Assembly (NCBI GenBank): GCA_963829055.1
Contig: CAWHHI010000006.1
Location: forward strand, 480,001 to 544,000
Source of the DNA: an uncultured Gemmatimonadaceae bacterium
GTDB taxonomy: Bacteria; Gemmatimonadota; Gemmatimonadetes; Gemmatimonadales; Gemmatimonadaceae
Direction: 5' to 3'
Length of the DNA: 64,000 nucleotides
The notes under the pieces are model-generated. The model was not told where the DNA came from, ran no database searches, and worked only from the letters and a program-made list of their open reading frames with translations. The number at the start of each line of letters is the position of its first letter. Position 1 is the first letter of the stretch. A program made the translations under genes and the position numbers. Of the stretch, positions 34,989-45,873 are shown in pieces.

Positions 34989-36815
34989 TCCGTCGTCTGC
35001 GCGCGGTGCTCGCGCTGCGCTCATGGCCGTCGCGCCTAACGTGCACGCTCGGCCAGACGAAGCCGCCGGCGAAGAAGCCCGATCCGGCATGCCCGGGATG
35101 CCGGGCATGACGCACGACTCGGCAAGAACGACGCCGTCGAAGAAGCCGGGCGCGAAGCCGCAGCCAGCGACAGCCGGCGCCGATGAACATGCCCGGCATG
35201 AGCGGCGACAGCATGGCCGCGGGCATGCCGATCCCGATGCCGAAGGGCATGCCAATGATGCCGGGACTCATCGGGCTGACGCCGCCCGTGACGCTCGTTC
35301 CTGCCCGGCGCAGGCGTCGATCCGGCGACGGTGCCGGCCGCGAAGCCGACGCAGACGGTCCGGCTCAAGGACGGCGACACGCTCGACCTCACGGCGGGAC
35401 TCGTCAGGCGCACGATTCGCGGCCAGCGGTTCGTGATGTACGCGTTCAACGGCATGGTGCCCGGTCCGCTCATCCGCGTCGCGCAGCAGGCGACGATCAC
35501 GGTGCGCTTCCACAACAGGATCGACCTGCCGAGCACCGTGCACTGGCACGGGCTGCGGCACGACAATCGGTTCGACGGCGTCCCGGGCCTGACGCAGGCG
35601 GAGGTCGCGCCGGGCGGCGACTTCACGTACACGGTCCACTTTCCGGACGCGGGCGTCTACTGGTATCACCCGCACGTGCGCGAGGACATCGAGCAGGCGA
35701 TGGGACTCTTCGGCAACATGATCGTCGACTCGCCGGAGCCCGACTACTACTCGCCGGTGAATCGCGAGCAGTCGCTCGTGCTGAACGACCTGCTCATCAA
35801 CGCCGACACGCTGATCCCGTTCGGCAAGGAAGCGCCGACGTACGCGCTCATGGGGCGCGTCGGCAACGTGCTCACGGTGAACGGCGAGCCGGACTACAAG
35901 CTCTCGGCGCGGAAGGGCGAGGTGGTGCGGTTCTTCTTCACGAACGTCTCCAACTCGCGCACGTACAACGTCTCGTTCGGCGGCGCGCCGATGAAGGTCG
36001 TCGCGCAGCGACGTGAGCCGCTTCGAGCGCGAGGAGCGTGTGCCGAGCGTCGTGCTCGCGCCGGCGGAGCGGTACGTGGTCGAGGTGCGGTTCGACAAGC
36101 CGGGTCGCTACGCGCTCGTGAACGCGATCCAGGCGATCAACCACTTCGCTGGGCGAGTTCGAGCCCGAGGTCGACACGTTAGGCATCGTGACCGTGAGCG
36201 ACGGTGCCGGCCATCGCCCGACTACGGGTCGCGGTTCGCGACGCTGCGCGCGTACCCGGCCGTGTCGCGCGACGTCGATCGCTTCCGGCAGTACTTCGAC
36301 AAGGAGCCCGACGAGACGCTCACGCTCACGGTGCGCGCCGAACTCGCTGCCGCTCGCGACGGTGCAGTTCATGAACGTCGACACGGCGTACTTCGCGCCG
36401 GTCGAGTGGGTGGACGGCATGCCCGACATGAACTGGCTGTCCACGAGCAAGCAGGTGCAGTGGATCCTGCGCGACGGATGCGACGGGCAAGGAGAACATG
36501 GACATCGACTGGCACGTGAAGCAGGGGTCGGTGGTGAAGCTCCGGATCTTCAACGATCCGAAGTCGTTTCATCCGATGCAGCACCCGATCCATCTGCACG
36601 GCCAGCGCATGCTCGTCGTGTCGCGCGACGGCGTGAAGACGCGCAATCTCGTCTGGAAGGACACGGTCATCATCCCCGTGGGGTCGACGGTCGATCTGCT
36701 GATCGACGCGTCCAATCCGGGAGCGTGGATGCTCCACTGCCACATTGCCGAGCATCTGGAGTCGGACATGATGGCGGTGATGCACGTGGACGCGGTAGGC
36801 GATGGCAAACGTTAG
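34985..36815 (+). CDS. Three-domain multicopper oxidase with Met-rich N-terminus (multiple frameshifts)
   Basis: HWHG, YWYHPH, HPIHLHG, HCHIAEHLESDMM. Confidence 0.9.
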
Positions 36816-36831
36816 GCTCCCGGGTCGAGGT

Positions 36832-36967
36832 GTCATTCCGAGCGGAGCGCCGAAGGCGCGCAGTCGAGGAATCCTTGGCTTCGCCGATAGAGAGCCCTCT
36901 ACCAGGACGATCGAGGATTCCTCGACTCGCTCGCTCGCTCGGAATGACAGCCGTCGCTCGGCATGAC
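36832..36967. repeat. Palindromic intergenic repeat, family A
   Basis: GTCATTCCGAGCG...GTCGAGGAATCC...GGATTCCTCGAC...CTCGGAATGAC. Confidence 0.95.
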
Positions 36968-37966
36968 AGCATTGGCTCCGACCTGATCACTCAAGCGCCT
37001 CACCGCACGCCGGAGTTCGAACGTGCCGAGTCGCTGATTCGTCAGCGGTTCGCGCCATCGCGATTGGTCAAATCGACAGCGCTCTCGGATCGTCTCGGAG
37101 CGGACGTGCACCTCAAGCTCGAATGCGAGCTGCCGACTGGCTCCTTCAAGGTGCGCGGCGCGTACTACGCGCTCTCTCGCCAACGTGAGGGTGCCGACGT
37201 CTCCGAAGTCGTTGCGGCAAGTACGGGAAATCACGGCGCCGCCGTCGCGTGGGCGGCACGCGAGCTCGGGCTAGCCGCGAAGATTTTCGTCCCGAACGGC
37301 GCCAACGCGACGAAGATCGCGCGCATTCGCTCGCTCGGCGCTCAGCTCACGGAATCCGGAGCCGACATTGAAGGCGCACGACGCGCGGCCGAAGCGTACG
37401 TGGCCGACTCCGGCGCGTTCCTGCTCGATGACGCGACGAGCGATGACGTCCCAATCGGCGCCGGCACGATCGGTCTCGAGCTACTCGCCGAGCTTCCCGA
37501 CGCGAGCGCGGTGATCGTGCCGGTCGGCGACTCCGCGCTCATTCGCGGCGTCGCCGCCGCGATGAAGGCGATCCGACCCGACGTTCATGTCACGGGAGTG
37601 CAGGCGAGTGGAGCGCCCGCGTACTACCGCTCGTGGAAAGCTGGTACCGTCGTGACGACCGAGACCGCGGACACGATCGCCGACGGCCTCGCGACGACGC
37701 GTCCAACTGACTCGAACGTGACGGCCATCCGGGCGCTCGTCGATGGGATGGTGCTCGTCGACGAGCGGGACATGCTCGACGCGATGCGATGGCTACGAGC
37801 ACATGAGAGTATCGTGGCCGAACCTGCGGGCGCCGCCGCTGTGGCAGTCCTGTTGAACGCGCATGCGTGGCCGTTTTCATCGACGGTTGCATTGATCACC
37901 GGCGGGAACGTCGCGCCCGATCTGGCGATGGCACTCGCTGGCGGCGATTCCTCTTCCACGCGTTAG
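36944..37966 (+). CDS. PLP-dependent threonine/serine dehydratase family (catalytic domain only; start uncertain)
   Basis: LKLECELPTGSFKVRGA, ASTGNHG, VPVGDSAL, TIADG, AEPAGAAA, ITGGN. Confidence 0.88.
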   Translation: MTAVARHDSIGSDLITQAPHRTPEFERAESLIRQRFAPSRLVKSTALSDRLGADVHLKLECELPTGSFKVRGAYYALSRQREGADVSEVVAASTGNHGAAVAWAARELGLAAKIFVPNGANATKIARIRSLGAQLTESGADIEGARRAAEAYVADSGAFLLDDATSDDVPIGAGTIGLELLAELPDASAVIVPVGDSALIRGVAAAMKAIRPDVHVTGVQASGAPAYYRSWKAGTVVTTETADTIADGLATTRPTDSNVTAIRALVDGMVLVDERDMLDAMRWLRAHESIVAEPAGAAAVAVLLNAHAWPFSSTVALITGGNVAPDLAMALAGGDSSSTR

Positions 37967-37975
37967 GCACCGTGG

Positions 37976-38348
37976 CCACGCCGCGCCTGCCACACCCGAT
38001 CATCCTTCTGCTCGGGACTGGGGGCTCAACGAGCTCTCGGGACTCTTCTTCATCGCGGCGCTCGTCATCGGTGTGGTCGGCGGGCTCGGCCCGAGTGGAA
38101 GCACGGCGGCGTATCTCAAGGGAATGGAGGGCATGGTCGGCGCCGCCATTCTCGTCGGTGTCGCACGTGGCATCTCGGTGGTGCTCACCGATGGCCGCGT
38201 GATCGACACCATCGTGCAGGGACTGGCGTCACCGCTCATCGGGAAGCCGCCCGCGCTGGCAGCGGTGTTGATGGTCCCCATTGGCTTTGCTGCGCGCGGT
38301 GTTCTGCTCGTCGCAGTCGTCGGAATGATTGGCATCCTCGCGGTGTAG
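37976..38348 (+). pseudogene. Remnant of a YfcC/DcuC-like transporter
   Basis: WGLNELSGLFF, VGVARGISVVLTDGRVIDTIVQG; far shorter than the family, with an apparent internal deletion. Confidence 0.6.
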
Positions 38349-38384
38349 TGGCACCGTGGGACAAGAACGGTAAGGCAGATCGGT

Positions 38385-39566
38385 TTACCGCATTGTTCGC
38401 CCGTCCCGAACCCAGACGTCGTTGCCGACCGTCACCGTAGCATCCGTGAAGAAATTCCAGCGGACGTATCCTCCCGTCACCATCCCACCAAGCTCGGTGT
38501 TGTCCCCGAGTGATAGACGCACGACGCCAGCGCCGTAGCCGTAATAGGGAATCCAGCGAGAACCGACCGTGGGAATCGCGAGAAGTGGATTCAACCCAAG
38601 CACAAACTCGCGGAAGCGCCGAGCGCCGTTGCCGCCGGAGGCCAGTTCCCGTTCCACCGCATCGCGTCCTGCGCCGACGCGTATGTCCGTGATCTGTCCG
38701 CGCGAGAACGCGAGCACGAGACCTTCGATGCGTTGGCCGGCCCACACACTCGGCGGGAACGCAATCGTTCCTTCGACGGTCTCTTCGAGCGGCGCGACGC
38801 GCACGGCGCCCGCGGGCAGCTCGACCTCCCGATCGATCAGATTGCGACCGCGCGCCGCCCGCGCCGCGGATGCGTCACCGTCCTGCATTGTCACCGGACG
38901 GTCACCAACGCGGAATCGAAGGTCGGTCCCCGCTGGCGTCACCACGCGTACGACACCCGCACGCAGTGCTGCAGCCAGCGTGCGTTGTCGCGCAGCGAGC
39001 GCACCGTAGTCCGTCTCGAGCAGTGCGTGCTGATACACGCGCGCGACGTCCGGCGTCGTCGCCATGAGAACGCCGTCGAGATCGTACGCGCCGGCCCAAT
39101 GAAAATGCACCGTTCGGCCGCGGCCACCCCTGAGCACGCGCTGCATTGACGCGTAGACCGGGTCGCTGGCTGTCAGGCCCGGCAACATGACGGCGACATT
39201 GACCGTGCGAAGATATTCGTCGCTCGACGGCTCGCTGCGCTCGCTCAGCCCTCGAGTGAACTCGGTTGTCCATTCGGGGGGCGGCGTGCTGCGCTCCGCA
39301 ACCGCTCCAAGGTCGGTTGCACCGGCGGCGCGAATTGCGGCGCGCAGCAACGGGACGAGGGCGTCGGACTCGCCCGCAACGCCGGCCAGGAGCACACGTT
39401 CTCCGCGGACGAGCCCCATCCGTTCGACGATCTTCGCGGCAACCGCGCGCCAGTCGGTGGACTCGGTCTGTGCATCCGCCATCGTCGGCCGCATCAACGC
39501 GAGCAGCGAAAACGCGGAACCGAGAAGACGAGATGAAAACCTCGCATTGCTGACACTCCTGAGCAT
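38385..39566 (-). CDS. Peptidase M29 (aminopeptidase T)-like protein with signal peptide
   Basis: GERVLL, VVTPAGTDLRF, ELPAGAVRVAP, VEGTI, EFVLGLNP, LSLGDN. Confidence 0.65.
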   Translation of the reverse strand: MLRSVSNARFSSRLLGSAFSLLALMRPTMADAQTESTDWRAVAAKIVERMGLVRGERVLLAGVAGESDALVPLLRAAIRAAGATDLGAVAERSTPPPEWTTEFTRGLSERSEPSSDEYLRTVNVAVMLPGLTASDPVYASMQRVLRGGRGRTVHFHWAGAYDLDGVLMATTPDVARVYQHALLETDYGALAARQRTLAAALRAGVVRVVTPAGTDLRFRVGDRPVTMQDGDASAARAARGRNLIDREVELPAGAVRVAPLEETVEGTIAFPPSVWAGQRIEGLVLAFSRGQITDIRVGAGRDAVERELASGGNGARRFREFVLGLNPLLAIPTVGSRWIPYYGYGAGVVRLSLGDNTELGGMVTGGYVRWNFFTDATVTVGNDVWVRDGRTMR

Positions 39567-39822
39567 TCCTGGCTCCGCCGAGAGTGGGGCAGAGTATACG
39601 AAGCCCAGCAACTCCGGGCCACGGCAACTCTCAACGGTTGGTACCACCGATCTCACAGTTGGCACCCTGCGGGCAGCGACGATTCGCCTTTCGTGCATTA
39701 TGGCTTCGTCCGGCTGTCGATTCGAGCCTCGCTCATACGTCATAGATGTAGGCGGATGACGTCGACGCCGTGACCAGCAAGAACAGCCCGGAATTCTGCG
39801 GGCAGTCACACTGGAGGATGAA

Positions 39823-40233
39823 GTGTCATCGATCGCGAAGAGAAAGAGCACCGTGTTGGTCCCCACGCGCGCTGAGCCCACGCGACTCGGCGCCGAGCCC
39901 GCTTTGTTCGTTGCCGTTGTGCACGCGGAAGACGGAGTGCGATTCACCGCGACCTCCGATTCGCGGCGAGATCTCGTACGTCAGATCGCCGAGTACGCCG
40001 GACGATGGGGCGTGTACATGCTGCACCCACCTCACGCTCGACACCTGCGGGCCTTGATTCTGCGCGGCGAGTGGGAGGCGGCCGTCGAGCTCTACTTTGG
40101 TCTCGTCGGCAAGCGATGGGACAAGGAATGGCTCGTGACCGCCGTCGTACCGATAAACGCTCACCACGAGGCTGTAGCGGTGGTCGGCGAGGTCGCGGTT
40201 CGCGAAGCGTGCAGGTTGAGGAAGTCCATCTGA
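39823..40233 (+). CDS. Hypothetical protein
   Basis: GGAGG upstream of GTG; AAVELYF and RWDKEWL motifs. Confidence 0.6.
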   Translation: MSSIAKRKSTVLVPTRAEPTRLGAEPALFVAVVHAEDGVRFTATSDSRRDLVRQIAEYAGRWGVYMLHPPHARHLRALILRGEWEAAVELYFGLVGKRWDKEWLVTAVVPINAHHEAVAVVGEVAVREACRLRKSI

Positions 40234-40236
40234 ACA

Positions 40237-40266
40237 TTGACACCACTATTGTACCACTACTAGACT
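40237..40266 (+). promoter_or_regulatory. Sigma70-type promoter TTGACA-N18-TAGACT with an ACCACTA direct repeat
   Basis: Near-consensus boxes in an AT-rich patch; ACCACTA at 40242-40248 and 40253-40259. Confidence 0.7.
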
Positions 40267-40293
40267 GCTGAGGAACCGGGATTCGGAGGATCC

Positions 40294-41142
40294 ATGCGAG
40301 TCGGTGACTTCAGCGTCGAGATCGTTCCAACTGATGGCGAGGGCGTACTCGAGACCGCGTCGGGCCACGTGCTGGCGCGACCGGGCCAGGTGTACGCCCT
40401 CCGACTACGCAATCACGGTCCGCTGCGCGCGGTCGCTGATATCTCCATTGACGGCCACCCCGTCACGGGCGGCGGGTTGGTGATCGCGGCGGGAAGCTCG
40501 GTGAACCTCGAGCGACCGATCCACGCGACGGAGCGCGGTCGGTTCACGGTGATCGCCGAGGGTAACGAGCACGTATTCGGTCCGGACGGTGGACGCGATA
40601 ACGCCAATCTCGGCCTCATCGACGCGCGGTTCCGGCGCGAGTTGCCGCACACCGGCGGTCGCGTGCAGCGCATCCCCGAGTTTCCGTTCGGTCGCCCGGA
40701 TCCGCTCGGTGCTCTGCCGAGTCCAACGCCCGAGCAGTCGCCGGATGTGCCATCACGCCGGGGGATGGAGCCGCCGATGTGGGGGTCGCCCGACGTGCGG
40801 ATCGGGAGTTTGCGCGGTGCAGGATCGTCAGACGGACCCGATCGCCACGATCGTCGCGAGCAACGCCAGCCGAGCGCGATCAGCGCGCTCATGGCGCCGA
40901 CCATGCCGGCCGAAGCGCCCGCCGCGCCAACGCACGTGCGCGACGCGATCGAGCGGGCTGCGGGCACCGGGCTCACCGGCAGCTCACAGCAGGAGTTCAT
41001 GTCCGTGTACGTGGGACCGCTCGAGACCGAAGCGACGGTGATCCAGCTCCGACTCGTGATCGGCACGGATGACGCGTTGACTGCTGCGCGTCCACTCCCC
41101 GGCGTCGCGACCACCCCGGCGCGCCCGGCACCGCGACCGTAG
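40294..41142 (+). CDS. Hypothetical protein: beta-rich N-terminal domain, low-complexity linker, GTGLTG C-terminal motif
   Basis: GGAGGA RBS; YALRLRN...ISIDG...LERP...GRFT...LGLI; AGTGLTGSSQQEF...IQLRLV. Confidence 0.8.
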   Translation: MRVGDFSVEIVPTDGEGVLETASGHVLARPGQVYALRLRNHGPLRAVADISIDGHPVTGGGLVIAAGSSVNLERPIHATERGRFTVIAEGNEHVFGPDGGRDNANLGLIDARFRRELPHTGGRVQRIPEFPFGRPDPLGALPSPTPEQSPDVPSRRGMEPPMWGSPDVRIGSLRGAGSSDGPDRHDRREQRQPSAISALMAPTMPAEAPAAPTHVRDAIERAAGTGLTGSSQQEFMSVYVGPLETEATVIQLRLVIGTDDALTAARPLPGVATTPARPAPRP

Positions 41143-41154
41143 CGACGCGCGTCC

Positions 41155-41791
41155 ATGGCAGGCAACACAGTCTCCGAGCGGGCGGACGCCGCGCGCGACG
41201 TGATCGGCGAGCTGCACGCGTGGCGCGCGCGTGCGGTTCCCGACTCGGCTCCACTGGACGCGGAAGACGTCGCGCGGCTCGTGCGCGCGTGCTTCGACGC
41301 GTTAGGCATCGACGCCGAGGTCGGCGCCGACTTCTCCGTCAACACCGTCCATTACTATCGTCGCAAGGACATCCTGGACACGCCGGAAGGGCGGACGTCG
41401 GCGGCGCGGTATGGCATCCGGCACGTCTGGCAGGCGGCAGGCGCGCGGCTCGCCGGGTATCTGGGCCTCGTGACGCTGGCCGAGGCGCGGAAGGCCATGC
41501 GGGGCGCTGATGAGCGGACGCTCGTGGCGTTCGTCGCGGCACGCGTGATGGACGCGCGTGCGCGGCAGAGGTTGCGGGCGCCCGTCACCGCCCGGGCACG
41601 TCCGCTGCCCGGCGTATTGGCCGAGCCGGCACAGCGGGTGCCGCGCGGCGGGTGTCGCGGTGGGCGTCATTCCACTCCCGAATGAGGCGTGGTGCATTGT
41701 GCCTTCGTCACACCCAGCACACCATTCGACGGTAGCGGCTCGCGAGCTCGTTCACGCGCTGGCCGCGGCGCTCCGCGTCCAGATTCGTTAG
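41155..41791 (+). CDS. MerR-like helix-turn-helix protein (frameshift near 41640)
   Basis: SVNTVHYYRRKDILDTPEGRTSAARYGIRH...VTLAEAR. Confidence 0.75.
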
Positions 41792-41843
41792 CCGGCTCGG
41801 CGTCGGCCGGATTCGTTAGGTAGAAACCACACGCATCAGCCAT

Positions 41844-42477
41844 ATGCCCACGATCTACACCCCGCAGATCATCGAGCGGTCGAGCCGCGGTGAGCGGACG
41901 TACGACATCTATTCGCGGCTCCTCATGGACCGCATCATCTTCCTCGGTACCGAGCTCGACGATGATGTGGCGAACATCATCATCGCGCAGCTGCTCTTTC
42001 TCGAGGCGGACAGTCCGGGCAAGGACATCCAGATGTACATCAACTGCCCGGGCGGGAGCGTGTCGGCTGGTCTGGCGATCTATGACACGATGCGCTACCT
42101 CGAGTCGCCGGTCGGCACGACGTGCATGGGCATGGCGGCGAGCATGGGATGTTTCCTGCTTGGCGCGGGTCACGCGGGCAAGCGCCGGTCGCTGCCGCAG
42201 GCGCGCATCATGATGCATCAGCCGTCGCAGGGCGGGATGCAGGGCGTCGCGGCGGACATCGAGATCGTCGCCAGGGAGATCCTGTACATGCGCGCGAAGA
42301 TGAACGAGCTCCTCGCGCGCCACACGGGTCAGCCGGTCGAGCGTATCGAGCGGGACTTCGACCGCGACCGGTGGATGTCGGCGCCCGAGGCGGTGGCCTA
42401 TGGCTTCATCGATCAGGTGATCGAGTTGCCAGGTACGCTCGTCGAGAAGCGTGATTCCATCGATTCCTGGCAGGTAG
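41844..42477 (+). CDS. clpP: ATP-dependent Clp protease proteolytic subunit (true stop probably TAG 42475-42477; as sequenced the ORF runs to 42686)
   Basis: [52 protein letters not shown]. Confidence 0.95.
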
Positions 42478-42607
42478 TCATTCCGCGCGGATTGTCATTC
42501 CGAGCGAGCGAAGCGAGTCGAGGAATCGAGACTGTACGCTGTAGAGGGCCCTCCGTCGGGACGATCGCGATTCCTCGCTCCGGCCTTCGGCCTCCGCTCG
42601 GAATGAC
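42477..42607. repeat. Palindromic intergenic repeat, family A
   Basis: GTCATTCCG x2...GTCGAGGAATCG...GTAGAGGGCCCTC...CTCGGAATGAC. Confidence 0.93.
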
Positions 42608-42627
42608 ATCCACCCATCTCCACTCTC

Positions 42628-43355
42628 GTGACGTCGCCATCCGACAGCAGCGATTCGTTCGACGTCACGGACGTCAATCGCGTTAGGCGCTATCACCAGC
42701 GCGGCCATTACGACCACGCGACCGTCTTCCGCATCCTCGACGAAGGGCTCGTCGCCCACGTCGCCTTCGTGGACGACGGCCGGCCTGTCGTGATTCCCAT
42801 GGCGTACGGCCGGGACGGCGACCGGCTGTTCCTCCACGCGGCTCGCAAGGGACGCATCACCACCACGCCCGCGGGCGAGCAGGTGAGCATTGGCGTACAC
42901 TCGTGGACGGGCTCGTCGTCGCGCGCTCGCTGTTCGACTCGTCGATGAACTACCGCGCCGTCGTCATCCACGGGCGCGCGTCCGTCGTTGAAGGCGAGGC
43001 CGAGCGGCTGCACGCGCTCAAGTGCATCGTCGAGCACATGATCCCGGGCCGATGGGCCGAGGCGGGTGTGCCGTCGGCGCAGCATCTCAAGGCTACGACG
43101 GTGCTCGAGGTCGAGATCGAGACGGCGTCAGCGAAGGTCCGCGACGGTGGCGTCAACGAGGACTACGACGCGGATTCGGCGGCGATGTGGTGCGGGGTGG
43201 TGCCGCTCGTTACGACGGTCGGGACACCCGAGGTGGATGCGGCGGTGCCGAGTGGTGTGGCGGTTCCGGCGTCGGTGCTTGGGCTCGGTCGTCGGTACGG
43301 GAGAGCCGATCGCTCGAATGACATACCCGACCAAACGATGACGTCGGCGAAATAG
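42628..43355 (+). CDS. Pyridoxamine 5'-phosphate oxidase-like FMN-binding protein (frameshift near 42900)
   Basis: [51 protein letters not shown]. Confidence 0.85.
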
Positions 43356-43430
43356 CACCCCCCGCGGTGCCGGGGCTACATTCTCTGGTCGAGACTCGAC
43401 ACGACCGACACGATCGCATTGGGCAAGCGT

Positions 43431-43532
43431 GTCATCCGGCGACCGTCGAGGGAACGTTTGTGAAGTATTTGTGGCCGGACCGGCTCGATGCCGGGCTCGA
43501 TCCGCCGACGGCAGGTCCATCCTCGGGATGAC
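43431..43532. repeat. Degenerate palindromic repeat, family B
   Basis: GTCATCCGG...GAGGGAA...GTGAAGTATTTGTGGCC...CTCGGGATGAC. Confidence 0.65.
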
Positions 43533-43558
43533 ATGCAGCCCAGGAACCGCAGGGTCCA

Positions 43559-45060
43559 GTGACCGACGTATCCGCGTCCGCGCCGCCCAAGGCGACATCC
43601 ACGAGCACGCCCAGCACCGTCACGTCACGTCGGCTCTCACGACGACCGCAGAGCGGCGGCGTTACGACCGCTCGATCATCGAAGGGCCACTGCAAGGCCG
43701 CCGTGTGGAAGATCGCGTGGCCGACGATGCTCACGAACATCATCGGCGGCATGCAGGGCATCGTCGATCACGTGCTCGTCGGGCACCTCGTCGGCTACAA
43801 GGGCAACGCGGCCATCGGCGTCGCGTGGCAGATCTTCCTCATCGTCATCGCGTTCATCTCGTCGCTGTTCATCGGCATGGGCGTGCTCGTCGCGCGCTTC
43901 GCCGGCGCGGGCGATGAAGACAAGGTCGACCGCGTCGTCTACCAGGCGTTTCTGACGGCCGTCGGGATCTCGCTGTTGATCATGGCGCCGATCGGCTGGT
44001 TCGCGTCGCCGCGGCTGCTCGATCTCGTGAACGCCGCACCGCAGGTGAAGGCCGAGGCGCTGCCGTTTCTGCGCATCATGTTCCTGTGCAGCATCGGCAT
44101 GATGGTGTTCTTCATGTTAGGCGGCGCGCTTCGCGCCGCCGGCGACGCGCGGACGCCGATGATGCTCGGCATCGCGCATGACGGTGCTGAACCTCGTGCT
44201 CAACATCGTCTTCATTCGCGGACTCGGGCCCGATTCCGGCGCTCGGCACCAAGGGCGCGGCGGTGGGAACGTGCATCGCGTCGGGCATCATCGATGGTGT
44301 ACGCGCTCGTGGAAGCTCTGGAGTGGCACGTGGGTCGTGAAATTTCCACGCGGCCAGGGATTCGGACCGGACTGGGCGATCATCCGATCGCTGTTCAGGT
44401 TCGGCCTGCCGTCCGGAATTCAGGGCATCGCGATGAACGTCGGCGGGACGCTGATGCTCGCGTTCATCGGCTCGGTGGCGCAGGGGCGCGGCGGCGCAGG
44501 CGGCGTTCGCGATCGGCTACTCGCAGCTCTTCTCGCTCATCACGTGGACGTCGGTCGGACTCATGGGCGCGGCGGCCGCGGTCGCCGGCCAGAACCTCGG
44601 CGCCGCGCAATCCCGATCGTGCCAACGAGGCCGTGCACGTCGCCGCGCGCTTCGGCGTCGTCGGGCGCCGCGATCATCGGCGCGTTCTTCCTGTTCCTCC
44701 CGCGCCAGCTGCTCGGCGTGTTCGGCATGAACGACCCGGCGGTGCTCGAGATCGGCGCGCAGCTGCTGCGTGTGCTCGAGCGTCTCCGGACTGTTCATCA
44801 CGCGTCGCGCTGACGTACACCGGCGGCCTGCAGGGCACGGGCGACACGAAGAGCCCGCTCTACATCTCGATCGTCTCGCAGATCGTCGTGCCGTTAGGCA
44901 TCTGCTTCGTGATCAAGCGAGACGGGCACGCTCGCAGCCGATCCACATCTGGATCGCGATCCTGGTCGGCCACGCGACGCGATGCGTGCTGAGCGTGGTG
45001 CGGTTCAATCAGGGGAAGTGGCGGAACATCGCGGTCGCGATCGGCGGTGAGCAGGCGTAG
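43559..45060 (+). CDS. MATE family efflux transporter (many frameshifts)
   Basis: WKIAWP, IVDHVLVGHL, ALRAAGDARTPM, GLPSGIQ, GQNLGA, GLQGTGDTKSP. Confidence 0.88.
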
Positions 45061-45061
45061 G

Positions 45062-45873
45062 ATGACTCGACGCCAGATCGCTACGACGCCTTCCGCACGC
45101 TGCATCAGTCCGGATGCTTCGTGATCCCCAATCCATGGGACCTCGGCAGCGCGCGCATGCTCGTGCACCTCGGCTTCAAGGCGCTGGCGACCACGAGCTC
45201 CGGCTTCGCGTGGTCGGTGGGTCGTCGCGACAATCACGTGTCGCTCGATCAGGCGCTCGTGCATCTGCGCGCGATCGCCGAGGGCGTGAGCGTGCCGGTC
45301 AACGCGGACTTCGAGGGCGGCTTCGCCGTCGAGCCCGAGGGTGTGGCGACGAATGTCGCGGCCGCGGTGACGACTGGTGTCGCCGGATTGTCGATCGAAG
45401 ACTCCACCGGCGACGCGAGTGCGCCGCTCTTCGACTTCGCGCTCTCCGTCGAGCGCATTCGTGCAGCGCGTCGAGCAATCGATCAGAGTCGAACTGGCGT
45501 GCTGCTCACGGGGCGCTCGGAGGGGTTCATCGTCGGACGGCCGGACCTGGCCGAGACGATCCGTAGACTGACCGCGTATGCGGAGGCAGGCGCGGACTGC
45601 CTCTATGCGCCTGGCCTCGAGACGATCGCGGACTTCAAAGCGGTCGTGGATGCAGTCGCGCCCAAGCCGGTGAACGCGCTCGTGTACAGCGACTTCGCGA
45701 CGGTCGCCGAGCTCGCGAGTCTTGGCGTGCGCCGCATCAGCATCGGCGGTGCGTTGGCTCGCGCGGCGTGGACCGGCTTCATCGCTGCCGCGACGGAGAT
45801 CGCGGAGAAGGGAACGTTCACGGGCCTGGCGCGCGCGGTTCCTTCCTCGGCCATCGAGCGCGCGTTCGACTGA
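45062..45873 (+). CDS. Isocitrate lyase/PEP mutase family protein (5' frameshift)
   Basis: PNPWDLGSAR, ATTSSG, PVNADFEGG, LSIEDS, AYAEAGADCLYAPG. Confidence 0.9.

Noticed and set aside
36188..37966. 592-aa ORF suggesting a multicopper oxidase-dehydratase fusion
   Set aside because: Produced by frameshifts and read-through of a repeat; the oxidase has its own stop at 36815.
42478..42686. ClpP C-terminal extension
   Set aside because: It is translated repeat sequence; a TAG one base out of frame sits at the repeat boundary.
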